Below, one piece after another: positions 28,601-39,428 of a stretch of DNA of 64,000 nucleotides. The stretch spans positions 56,296,001 through 56,360,000 of the forward strand of contig OZ024749.1 of NCBI GenBank assembly GCA_964016885.1, read 5' to 3'. Made by a program: the position numbers and the translations under genes. Position 1 is the first letter of the stretch. The number at the start of each line of letters is the position of its first letter. The DNA comes from Eledone cirrhosa (taxonomy: Eukaryota). The notes below the pieces were generated by a model. The model was not told the origin of the DNA. It worked only from the letters and a program-made list of their open reading frames with translations, and made no database searches.

Positions 28601-29067
28601 CATGCCCCTGCATAGTCCCAACGTGCATCCAGGATACCATTCCAATCCCCCACTAAAAGCAGGGAACGGGACGTCCCTAGAAAAGACTCCAGACGCTGGA
28701 AAAAGTCGGGCCGCTCTGTCCCAAAAGGGGCATATGCGGCTATCAGCCTAAAGGCTCTACCTTCACCACTGCCAAGGTCCAGCACCACCAGTCGACCCCC
28801 TGGGTCCAAGTGAACTATCTGTGTTGCAAGGCCCATATGTTTTTGCAGCAGAACGACAACCCCACCCCCACCTCCGGGCTGACAGAGAGATGCGTGCATC
28901 TCAAAGTCGTCAAAGGTGGGGGCTAGCTGTCGCATGCTGCTGATCCGGGCCTCGCAGATAACCATCACATTTATAGATTGTGACCTGAGGTCATTTAGAA
29001 GCATTGCTTGCTTCCAAGACGAGCCCAGGCCACGCGCATTTAGACACCCTACTCTTAGCACAGCCAT
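25630..29067 (-). CDS. LINE ORF2: apurinic-like endonuclease + reverse transcriptase + zinc-binding C-terminus (~1145 aa)
   Basis: APE motifs LNARG, ICE, YAP, GDWN, YLDRF, SDH. RT motifs KSPGLDG, FRPITLLN, LDQSKAFDRV, RQGCPLS, YADD, KLLGV. Zinc motif CPRC..ETVAHALVHC. First ATG at 29067; no stops. Confidence 0.95.
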   Translation of the reverse strand: MAVLRVGCLNARGLGSSWKQAMLLNDLRSQSINVMVICEARISSMRQLAPTFDDFEMHASLCQPGGGGGVVVLLQKHMGLATQIVHLDPGGRLVVLDLGSGEGRAFRLIAAYAPFGTERPDFFQRLESFLGTSRSLLLVGDWNGILDARWDYAGACPDREGCNSLKGLLGRFDLADRFRLDFPTVPTWSWSNRSGSSRSYLDRFLVRNKDRDFLSCPEMLMVGYSDHKLVTCMVNLDRTHRQGPGYWKLNLSLPASRAYRNRISTLVKERLTGAIVNSRWWVSLKREIRVVSIEFSKVLAADRNRKERELIDRVEEAIRSGDVARVLASRTALSQFFDAKHEGCVVRSKIRALGNEGAKAVSWARVTEANSGTKSTIRSLRDLDGRAILEPKQMCEAFQRHFARLFGRGGEPVGNVDFDPYLDGLPRLSDREAKSCEEPISAAEIEDVLGQCGKRKSPGLDGLPYELYLAMPDLFPDLLEAVYCNWQQNGRIPCTVTKGVVTLVRKDENKGDEISNFRPITLLNTELQILAKVLAKRLALVVGNLVGDAQTCAIPSRSIHDNLHLMRYIIERVGNEPGFGGALINLDQSKAFDRVDHGYLDAVLAAAGFGPVFRGWITAMHSSRICSRVKVNGYLSEPFKIARSIRQGCPLSSLLYVLTLEPLLRKLELLQGIPLEPGLRKAVSAYADDVTVMVSTASEIEAVGTLLEEYEKFTGAKLNRDKSIGLQLGTWRGRPMPSDGVVGRWTEGPVKLLGVWFGPDLQVEKNWAEVTNRVFALTQKWASCKLSLKGRAEVANTYIASVIYYRLTVVPCPRETLTKMERALFQFLWKGRAPMVRRSICCQHPSKGGLGMPWLMMRKHALRLRHLYVFLTGQPVWAPFVRRTFPRLVSLTELQSWVKQRPRKLGAWHTECAQALTALWQADPVISGDSTATFYRGLVRSRCDDALGEALDMEEDELASLFGRTFSPGPMDNFQKSLAWQCYRGALPVRERLYRHGRPGRDPAKKICPRCVCDEETVAHALVHCSGVADLWGYVEQLLSRVGPIRLTTESIVMIKPPPPFKDEAEAVFLCVIAMAKEVVWWTRLKGLRSGAFLSGQQLVRFFRYHFGRRIRMEREVLHPSRFYERWVKVARMARVNGPSLYISL

Positions 29068-29122
29068 GTTGGTGGTAAAGAGAAAAGGCACTTACCTCTC
29101 TGCGTCCCGGGAAACGGGCCGC

Positions 29123-30738
29123 TCAATTTCCATGCTGGTTGGGGATGGGTTGTTGGGTGGGGTTGTGGTTTGTGGAAGTGAAGGGGCATCGGTGTGTTGT
29201 GGGGTTGGGGTGTTTGTCGTTGAGTGGGTGTCTGGGTGAGGTGGGGGGGTGAAATTTTTTAGGAGGACGCGGTTGATTGGTTTGGCGCAGGGGGGGCCCA
29301 CGTCCTCCGTGAAATTTATTTTCAGTGTTTTGTACAAGTGCATTGGGACTTTTATCATTTTCAAATGAGGTAGTCCCACAGCAGTTATAAAGTTTGGCCC
29401 TTCGGTTTGGACCGAAGGGTTTGCTGAAATTGTTTTCCGTAATTCTTTGTTGTCTGTGTTCATGTATGTGTATTGTAATGTCTTTTTTTTGTGTAGCAGT
29501 TAGTGTTGTGTGACAGGGAGGGGTGGTTTGTGTGTAGTTTGTGTTCTCTTGGGGGGGGTTAAAGTTAACATGTGTGTCTGTGGTGCGTCTCCTCTTCTTT
29601 CTTTTTACTTGTTGGAAGGGATCTTTTTCGTCTTGCGACGAAAGAGGTTCGTCTTCCTTGTTGGGTGGGAGGGGTATGTTTTCTGGTAGTGTTTGCGGTG
29701 TGCGTGTTTTTGTATTTGTTTTGGGTGGGGAGGGATTGGGTGGGACAGTATTCTGTGTTATTTTTTCACGTGTTTGTTGTTGTTGTTGTTGTGGTGGTGG
29801 TGGTGGTGGGGTTGTTGGTTTTTGTTGTTGTTGTGGTTGTTTTTGTTGTTGTAGTTGGGGTGGTGTTGGTGTTGGTAGCAGTGTTTTTTTCTGTGTGAGC
29901 TGGGGACAGGCAGCCCTCAGGTGACCTCTATTGCCACAGAGGTAACAGGAGGGACGCCTACCCTCCACAATAATGTTGAGGTGGGTACGGTCATCCAGCA
30001 TGACGCGCTCAGGGATTTGGGCGATGCGTTCTGGCCTTATTTGGGTCAGAACTTCGAGGCTCGTTCCACTGAACGCGTCGCCGGATGCCTTCCCTATTGA
30101 GATGAGGTTGTCCTCGTCTAAATTGAGGAAACCGGTTAGTAACCACCAGTAGTTTATGTTTGGGGTGATGGTGGTTATCCATATCCTCTGGGTTTTTTTA
30201 CCCATGTAGGTGGGGAAGAAGGTGTAGTGTGTGGACCGAATTGGCGACACAGAGTATTTTTTTGCCGCCAATTCGTCTTTCATCAATATGGATAAACTCC
30301 CATAGAGTTTATCCTTTTGTATGAAAGTGATGTCTCTCATCGCGTCTTTCAAGACTAACTGAGTTTCTGCTTGAGATGGTTGCGCTGGTTTCTTTGTTTT
30401 ATTTAAAATTGTTCGGAATACGACAGTTCGTAATTCCGTCTGTCTTTTTAGCTCCGGAGGTGAATGTATAGAAAACGATCCGTTTTCGCCAAAAGACACA
30501 TATTTCTTGGCTTTTTCCAGCATTTCTTTTGCTTTTGAAATATCTTCCAGCACATAAGCGACTGATAATTTAGCCGTTTGTGCAAAAGATATTTTGTTTT
30601 CGTTTTGGATATTAGTATTGTTTTGTTTCTCGTCGTTTGAGTTGTTTTCATCTTTGTTGTTGTTGTTGTCTTTCTCGTTTCGTGTGTGGATACTTGTGAC
30701 GTTTGTGTTGTTGTTGTTTTTGCTGTCTTTATTGTTGC

Positions 30739-30769
<31 letters not shown>

Positions 30770-30946
30770 GTTTTCAAATTCTTGTGTAGTTGTGGCTACA
30801 TCTAGTGGTCGGTCAACAGGTGAAGACAATTCTTCCTCTCTCTGACCTCTGCCTTTGGCATCTGCTGCTGTGACAGTGGCAGGGGGAAGCTGTGAGTATA
30901 ACTTCCCCTTTCCTTCTTTGATTGATGGTGAGGATGCTTCAGCCAT
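29123..30946 (-). CDS. LINE ORF1 gag-like nucleic-acid-binding protein (C-terminus uncertain)
   Basis: Long open frame upstream of ORF2 with zinc knuckle CYLCGNRGHLRAAC, N-rich and Q/P-rich tracts and basic KRKKRRR. First ATG at 30946. Confidence 0.85.
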
Positions 30947-31171
30947 TTTTCTCAAAATAGGGTTTTTCGAAGTTTTTCGAAAGATAAAATGTTCACAATA
31001 CTATTTCGCCCAAAGGCGCAGAATATTTTGAGAGACCGACCAGATCAAAATTTGACCTGGCAGTCCCTCTACAAAATGATACAAAAATGAAAGTTTACAG
31101 TTTACAATTTCCGTATGAATTTAAACAAAAACTTACCGAGCGAGCTCAGCACATGTGTCCATCGTAGAGAG

Positions 31172-31172
<1 letters not shown>

Positions 31173-31220
<48 letters not shown>

Positions 31221-31246
31221 TGTAGATAGATAGATAGATATGTAGG

Positions 31247-31304
<58 letters not shown>

Positions 31305-31406
31305 TATAGATAGGTAGGTAGATAGATAGATAGATAGATATGTAGGTAGATAGACAGATAGATATGTAGGTAGATAGATAGATAGATAGATAGATAGATA
31401 TGTAGG

Positions 31407-31462
<56 letters not shown>
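31173..31462. repeat. (GATA)n microsatellite segment between LINE copies
   Basis: GATA repeats with GTAG variants. Further segments at 24785-24872, 25346-25363 and 32221-32245. Confidence 0.95.
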
Positions 31463-31463
<1 letters not shown>

Positions 31464-32220
31464 TTCTTTATTAGCCACAGGGGCACAAAAGAAGGGGACA
31501 AATACAAAGGGGGAAGTTTACATACACTAAAAACGTCTAAAATGTTATCACAGATGGAATTTAAAAAGTTAGTCGATTTTCCCCAATAGAGGGAGACAGT
31601 TTATATGGGTAACACATACCCCCGAAAAAAAATGTGCAACCCTCATCTCCAGGAGTACGAAGAGTTTGTACTCCTTTCCTCTCCTCCTTCTTTTCCTCAA
31701 CCTACAGGCTGATATAGAGAGAAGGCCCATTCACTCGGGCCATTCTCGCCACTTTCACCCACCTTTCATAAAACTTGCTGGGGTACAGCACCTCTCTCTC
31801 CATCCTGATTCTTCTTCCAAAGTGGTATTTGAAAAAAAGAATCAGTTGTTGGCCGGAGAGAAAGGTGTCTGACCTCAGCCCTTTCAACCTTGTCCACCAT
31901 ACAACCTCTTTCGCCATAGCTATCACACAAAGGAAAACCGCCTCTCCTTCGTTTTTGAAGGAGGGTGGCGGTTTGATCATGACAATGGACTCGGTGGTCA
32001 ACTGGATTGGTCCCACCCGCGACAATAGTCGTTCTACATAGCCCCACAGGTCAGTGACGCCCGGGCAGTGTATGAATGCGTGCGCGACGGTTTCTTCGTC
32101 TCGCACGCACCTCGGACAGATCTTTTTTGCAGGGTCCCTGCCCGGGCGCCCATGTCTGTAGAGCTTGTCTCGAACTGGTAGAGCTCCTCGGTAGCACTGC
32201 CAGGCCAGGGACTTTTGGAA
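31463..32220 (-). mobile_element. 5'-truncated Tx1-like LINE, subfamily B (copy 2)
   Basis: An open frame encodes the last ~172 aa of ORF2 (FQKSLAWQCYRG..CPRC..HAFIHC..YISL*), roughly 19 substitutions relative to subfamily A. (GATA)n on both sides. Confidence 0.92.
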
Positions 32221-32655
32221 TAGATAGATAGATAGATAGATAGACAGGAGATATACACATATAAAGAAATGCTTATGAATATAACTGTATAACATGACAT
32301 GTATGCAGAGAGCGGCAGGGAAACAGGTAGAGTTACAGGGAAACAATGGCATATATGTTTTACCTGCATAAATATATACAAGTGAAGGAGGGGGTAGTAA
32401 TATATATATATTAATACCCCCTACTCCACTTGTATATATATATATAACAAGAAGTGTAAGTCAACAGGTTAAAATTAACCTTGTTTATACATATTCGCTG
32501 TTATATATATTTCGTATATATATATTAAAAGTGATTTAACAGCTTATTTCTTCATCTTTATATTTGATTATATATATATATATGTATGTGTATATATATA
32601 TATAGAGAGAGAGAGAGAAAGAGACAAATATAGACATATATATATATATATATAT

Positions 32656-32766
32656 ATAGGAACGAGTAGGGGTCCTACTTGTTCCTATTACCCACTCTAC
32701 TACCCTAAGTATTGAGTACTTTGGTACGTTATGGTCCACCTGGTTCCTTACCACATTTCCTCCGTT
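32656..32766 (-). repeat. Inverted relative of the 5085 hairpin element
   Basis: The reverse complement matches 5090-5168 and ends in a shorter hairpin ATAGGAACGAGTAGG-GGT-CCTACTTGTTCCTAT, within (TA)n. Confidence 0.7.
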
Positions 32767-32793
32767 ATATATATATATATATGTCTATATTTG

Positions 32794-32916
<123 letters not shown>

Positions 32917-33782
32917 ATCCAGAAATACATATATATACATATATAGAGAAAGAGAGATACACACAACAGACATTGCTGCCATGGAACAGTAAAATAGACT
33001 GTGTTGAATCAATTAATCTGGTGCAGCCTTAATTTTGCTGCACATCTTTGCAAACTGTTCTTTTTATAGCTGCAGCTACGGCACTGAGGAAATGGGAAGT
33101 TGACAGCGGATTAATTGTCTTGTAACTATTGGTAATTAGTGCTTTATACAGATCGCTGCTAGAGCCAATATATTTCAGCCATGAAAATGTAATAAATGCA
33201 AGTATGGCTAATGAGAGACACTTGCATAATAAAGCCTCTGAAACAAACCTAGCCAACCCACACACTCTCAATAACAGCCTCCAACCCACACCTAGCCAAC
33301 CCACATCCTCTCACTCACGCCCTCCACACCCTCTCACTCTCACTCACACACTATCACTCACACCCTCCAGCCAACCCACATCCTCTCACTCACACCCTCT
33401 CACTCACGCCCTCCACACCCTCTCACTCTCACTCATACTCTCCACTCATTTGTTGACCTGTGAAACACACAAAAACACCCCAAAGCCGTATTTTCAAAAA
33501 GTTGGAATTTCTTCATAATCAAATCTGAATTCAATTTTATTTCATGTGTATGTATATATGTGTGTGTGTATGCATGTGTATATGTGTGTATGAGTGTGTT
33601 TGTACCTCTATGTATGTATGTACACATGTACTTTTCTGTATGTTTCTGTGTACAGATGAGAAAAAGAAAGAGAGTTGCATGGGTTGGACAGGTCCTTCTC
33701 AGCATCTCTCCATTTACCATAATCTCTCTCTCTCTCTCTTTATCTCTCTCTCTCTATCTCTATCTCTCTCTATCTCTCTCTC

Positions 33783-33825
<43 letters not shown>

Positions 33826-34037
33826 ATCAGGATTTTACCAGTTTTACTGGTAAGACTAGTAGTGCATGTCTGAATGGTAAGATCTCAGCAGTCAAGCCCT
33901 GACACACTGCTATATATATATAGTCAGGCTATGGACATTTCAGCGCATGTATGTGTCCAAGTATATATATAGAGAGATAGATATAAATATATGTGTGTGT
34001 GTATATATAAAGAGTGATTTGTCTTGTTTATTTTTTA

Positions 34038-34137
<100 letters not shown>

Positions 34138-35159
34138 TGGAGAGATAAAGACATAAATAAGAGCTGTCAACAACTAAGGGAATCACCACACTCTGATACT
34201 AATTACTAATTGGCAGCCAGATCACTGGGTTATGTGACCACGTACCATGTGACAGGGGCCATCAAATGCTCTTATGAGACTAACAGGACATCAGTAGAGA
34301 GATCCTACTAATTGGGAGGTGAGGCAGAGCCTGATCAGAGAAAGGTGTGAGGTACCAAAGCAGTGACTACATACACATATAAATAAGATGAAATAAAATA
34401 AAATACAGAAAGAAAAAGAGAAAGAAAAGTATCCATCGTCCCTGTAAAACCCACCCCACATTGCCACACATTATCTTTTATGGTTTCCACACATATATCT
34501 ATGTTGAATATTACATACATATATATACACAGGACACTGACTGACAAAGGGAAAAGCATTTAGAGGTACATATGTATACACACACACTGACACACACATA
34601 TACATAAATATATACAAATACAAATACATATATATATATATACAAAAACATATATATATATATACACACACAAATATATATAGAATGTGCTAGGGGGGGA
34701 TTAAATTAGTAGTGTTAGCCAGTTAAACCACACAAGGTGTGATTGTGAGGCACCTTTCATCTTCTTTCTTTTCCTCTCCACTTCCTAATTAACACCCAAA
34801 TCTGTCTGTTACTGTGTCAGCCTGTCTGTCTCTCTGTCAACTTGTTAGTCTACCTGTCTGTCCCCTAGTTTCACACAGTGTAAGGTATATATATCAGTCA
34901 ACATTGCTGACAGTAATTTTCTATTACATGGATGGTTACCCAAGATTATTACATCCTAAGAATGACTTTTGCCATGGTTCTTTGATGTAAGCCGATAAAA
35001 AGAGAACAGTATATGATTATATATATGTGGAGGGAGGTTGGTAGGGCTTGTGTGTGTACACACACCTGCATATATATACATATATGTGTGTGTGGATATG
35101 CATGTGTGTGTGTATATATATATATATGTGCATGTATATATAAAATAAAGAAAGATATC

Positions 35160-35192
<33 letters not shown>

Positions 35193-35304
35193 TGAGAGAG
35201 AGAGAGAGAGATAATGACTTCAAGTCTAATTATAGACACAGGGAATTACCAAAACTATTTTCCCCTGGAAGCACAGAGATAATGATTAGGAAGACATCTT
35301 AGTG

Positions 35305-35743
35305 GATCTCTACACAAATCACCACATAGATGTCCCCATCTCTACACAAATCACCACATAGATGTCCCCATCTCTACATATATCACCACATAGATGTCTC
35401 TATATCTACACATATCACCACATAGACGTCTATCTCTACACATATCACCACATAGATGTCCCCATCTCTACACATATCACCACATAGATGTCTATCTCTA
35501 CACATATCACCAGATAGATGTCTCTATATCTACACATATCACCACATAGATGTCCCCATCTCTACACATATCACCACATAGATGTCTATCTCTACACATA
35601 TCACCAGATAGATGTCTCTATATCTACACATATCACCACATAGATGTCCCCATCTCTACACATATATCACCACATAGATGTCTATCTCTACACATATCAC
35701 CACATAGATGTCCCCATCTCTACACATATATCACCACATAGAT
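35305..35743. repeat. ~30-bp minisatellite
   Basis: Unit approximately ATCACCACATAGATGTCCCCATCTCTACACAT. Confidence 0.9.
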
Positions 35744-35799
35744 GGTATATATTCATGGCTGGAATTCTTTATCAAACATCAGTCTGTTTGATAAGGGTT

Positions 35800-36325
35800 A
35801 AACTGGGACTCAACAACAACAACAAACATAGGTTTACTTGATCAGAGATCAGAGATGAACTGGGACTCAGGAACATCAGGATTAGCTAAACATAGCTCTA
35901 CTTGATCAGAGATCAACTGGGACTCAGGAACAACAGGATTAACAAACATAGGTCTACTTGATGAGAGATCAACTGGGACTCAGGAACAACAGGGTTAACA
36001 AACATAGGTCTACTTGATCAGAGATCAACTGGGACTCAGGAACAACAGGATTAACAAACATAGGTCTACTTGATCAGAGATCAACTGGGACTCAGGAACA
36101 ACAGGGTTAACAAACATAGGTCTACTTGATCAGAGATCAACTGGGACTCAGGAACAACAGGATTAACAAACATAGGTCTACTTGATCAGAGATCAACTGG
36201 AACTCAGGAACAACAGGGTTAACAAACATAGGTCTACTTGATCAGAGATCAACTCGGACTCAGGAACAACAGGGTTAACAAACATAGGTCTACTTGATCA
36301 GAGATCAACTCGGGCTCAAGAACAA
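35800..36325. repeat. 56-bp minisatellite (~9 units)
   Basis: Unit GATCAACTGGGACTCAGGAACAACAGGATTAACAAACATAGGTCTACTTGATCAGA. Confidence 0.92.
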
Positions 36326-37067
36326 TAACAGCATCATCAGTAACAGGTCTGCATGAATATGGCTAAATTGGGACACAACAACAACAGGTCTGCTTGATCA
36401 AAGTTAAATTGGGACTTCACAACAACAGGAACAATAGCAACAACTACAACTACAACAGTAACAAACACAAAACAAAAAATGTTCATTTTTGTAGTGGTAA
36501 AGAGATAGATAGAGAGAGATAGAAAGATAGATAGGGAGATATAGAGAGGTGGGGGAGAGAGGGGGAGAAGGGGAGAGGAGGGGAATTGGTCGCTATGATT
36601 GCGCAACTACTGCACAATGTAATTTATATGATTGAATCTTTTAATGAGTTGTGAAGATATGATGTTGTAATCAATAATGATTCATAGGTCAGGAGGAAAT
36701 GACGACAACAGCTACTGCGGATATGTAGGAACATACCATGGTGGTGGGGTGGGACGTGACTGTGGGGTTTGGGGGCGAGTGACTATAGTGGTGGTGTGGT
36801 GGTGACTGTGGTGGGTGTAGTGCTGGTGGTGGAAGTGGTGGTGATGATGATGATGATGGCAGTGGTTGACGATGGTGATGACTAATATAATGATGACGAT
36901 GATGATAACAATGCTGATGAGAATGATGATGATGATGATGTTTTTCAATTCTAGTCATCCCTATTTAATCAGATCTACAGCAAGGAGTCTGTTGGTGAAA
37001 CAAACCAGAATTTTCTAAAATCCTATTGCTCAAGATATACCCATTCATTAGCCATACAGTGTACTCA

Positions 37068-37229
37068 GGGAGAAGGGGGAAGTCAAATAACTCAACCCCA
37101 GTTCATTACTGGTATTCTATTTTATTGACCTGAGAAGGATGAAAGGCAAAACCAATCTCGGCAAGATTTGAACTCAGTACCATAAAGCACGTTGTTCGAC
37201 GCTCTACCGATGCTGCCAATCCATTGCCC
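37068..37229 (-). mobile_element. Diverged tRNA-derived SINE
   Basis: Reverse complement of the family middle and head (GATGAAAGGCAAA..GATTTGAACTCAG..CTCTACCGATGCTGCCAATCC). Confidence 0.7.
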
Positions 37230-37461
37230 AGACTTTAGTAATAACAGCTAAAACAACAACAACAACAACAATTGCAGCACGTCAGACAGAATAACAACTT
37301 CAAAGAACATATAGACACGTCAACAACCAGTGGAACATTTGTACGAGAGAGGGAGAAAGAGAGAGAGAGTATCTACATGACAAACTTTACAATGTGACCA
37401 CAAATAGTCTAATGCATGTCACATCCAGGTTTCTAAAGATGGCAGCTGCTCTCTATCTAAA

Positions 37462-37690
37462 ATGTTATACAAACTCTCTTTACAGCAACACCATTCTGTC
37501 CCCTATTTACACCAACCTTTATCTCCTTTTTTGGTGGGAAGATGTTACAAACTCTCTTTACACAGCAACACCATTCTGTCCCCTATTTACACCAACCTTT
37601 ATCTCCTTTTTTGGTGGGAAGATGTTACAAACTCTCTTTACACAGCAACACCATTCTGTCCCCTATTTACACTGACCTTTATCTCCTTTT
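37462..37690. repeat. 80-bp tandem repeat x~3
   Basis: ATGTTACAAACTCTCTTTACACAGCAACACCATTCTGTCCC.. recurs at 37462, 37542 and 37622. Confidence 0.9.
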
Positions 37691-38554
37691 TTTTGTTGTT
37701 GGAGGGATGGGAAGATGGGGTTATTTTCTGATTATTTCAAGACAGAATGCTTGGTTCGGTAGCAAGCAGTTGCAATATTTCGGCAGATTCTACCTGAAGG
37801 GAAACCAAATTATTGTCTGATTTAATAAATATCATTGTGAAATAAATTGCTGTAGACTATATATCTAATATATGGGAAGGAGTGAGACAGAAACAGTAGC
37901 AGAGCCATTCTCTCAGACAATGGCTCTGTATATGGTAAATAAAATTGCCTGGTGGAATATTTGAAAGTTAGGGATGGTTGTTTGACTGTGAGATGTAACA
38001 TACAATGGTGAGATGAATATATTTCAAACTGTGGAGGAGGAGGAGGAGGAGGGGAGGAGAAGGGGGAAGAAGAAGAAGAAGAAGAAGAGTGAGAAGAAAA
38101 AGAAGAGTGAGAAAAAGAAGAGTGAGAAGAAGAAGAAAAAGAAGAGTGAGAAGAAGAAGAAGAGTGAGAAGAAGAAGATGAGAGAAAGAAGAGGAAGAAG
38201 AACAACACAAAGAAGAAGACTATGGAGAAGGTGAAGAAGTGGGAGAAAGAGAGAGAAAGAGAGGAAAGAATCTCAACAATACAAAAGACACATGACACTT
38301 GGCTTCAGAGAGAGAGAGAGAGAATGATGAGGAGAGAGGGAGGGGGAGGGGGCAGTGGAGAGAGAGAGAGGGGGAACTTATGAGGCAGGGAAGTTTTTCA
38401 TTTGAAATTCTATTCAATCCTCGCTGCTAGAAGAGGATGAGAAGCTTTAGCAGTGTTGAGTAAATTCTCGTCTGGTCAGGTTATTTACAAAGAACTCTTC
38501 CACGGGGAGATAACTCCTCTCTATAGGGAAGTCAAGGAAGCCACTTTTAGGCTG

Positions 38555-38723
38555 CCACCGACGCCATGCTTTGCAGCAAAGAGTTACGTCCCTTTATGGT
38601 CTGAGTTCAAATCCAGCCGAGGTTAACTTTGCCTTTCATCATTTCGGGGGTCGATAAAATAAAGTACCAGTAATATACTGGGGTAATTGCTGGCCTTGTG
38701 CCTAAAGTAGAAACAATTATTAT
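38555..38723 (+). mobile_element. tRNA-derived SINE, 5'-truncated
   Basis: Matches the 3561 copy from CGACGCCATGCTTTG through GTAGAAACAATTATTAT. Confidence 0.85.
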
Positions 38724-39253
38724 TTGTAGTTATTATTGTTGCTATTGTTGTAGTTCCTATTGTAGTAGTAGTAATAGTAGTTGTTGTTGTAGTTATTGTT
38801 GTTGTTGTTGTTGTAGTTGTTGTAGTTGTTGTTGTAGTTGTTGTTGTAGTTGTTGTTGTTATTAATGTTTTTCTTTGCTTTCTCTTTTAATTTTGTTTTT
38901 CTTCAGCAATTGTTGCCTCCGTTCACAAAAGAAAGGATGTCCTCGGTATAGGAACAGATCATCTGAAAATGTCACAGTTAGTGTTGGTGGGGAGCAGGGA
39001 CAGATGTGGGGGGCAGGGACAGATGAGGGGGGGGGGGGGGGGGAGTCAGAACTATGAGGAATGATGTACACACTATTAAATATGTCACTAAATGACAAAC
39101 TTTGGAATATTAAAGGAGGGAAGAAGGAGCTGTGTTTAGCAATGAAAAGGACGGCTTGTTGAGGTAAATTAATTGGTTAGACAGATAGATAGATAAATAG
39201 ATAGATAGATAGACAAATAGCTAGGTATATATATAGATAGGTAGGTAGATTGC

Positions 39254-39332
<79 letters not shown>

Positions 39333-39351
39333 ATATATATATATATATATG

Positions 39352-39428
<77 letters not shown>

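Larger units (their letters stand above)
25364..31172 (-). mobile_element. Apparently full-length Tx1/L1-clade non-LTR retrotransposon, subfamily A
   Basis: 5' UTR, ORF1 with a CCHC knuckle, uninterrupted ORF2 with APE, RT and a C-terminal zinc motif, and a 3' UTR ending AATAAAAGAAAC directly followed by (TATC)n. (TATC)n also lies at the 5' end. Confidence 0.95.

Noticed and set aside
25947-29239. Several plus-strand ORFs antisense to ORF2
   Set aside because: Expected shadow ORFs in GC-rich coding DNA, with no recognisable motifs.
31040-31068. In-frame fusion of IFT80 to LINE ORF1 through the 5' UTR acceptor
   Set aside because: A phase-0 join reads RDCQVKF then TGA, so no fusion protein results.
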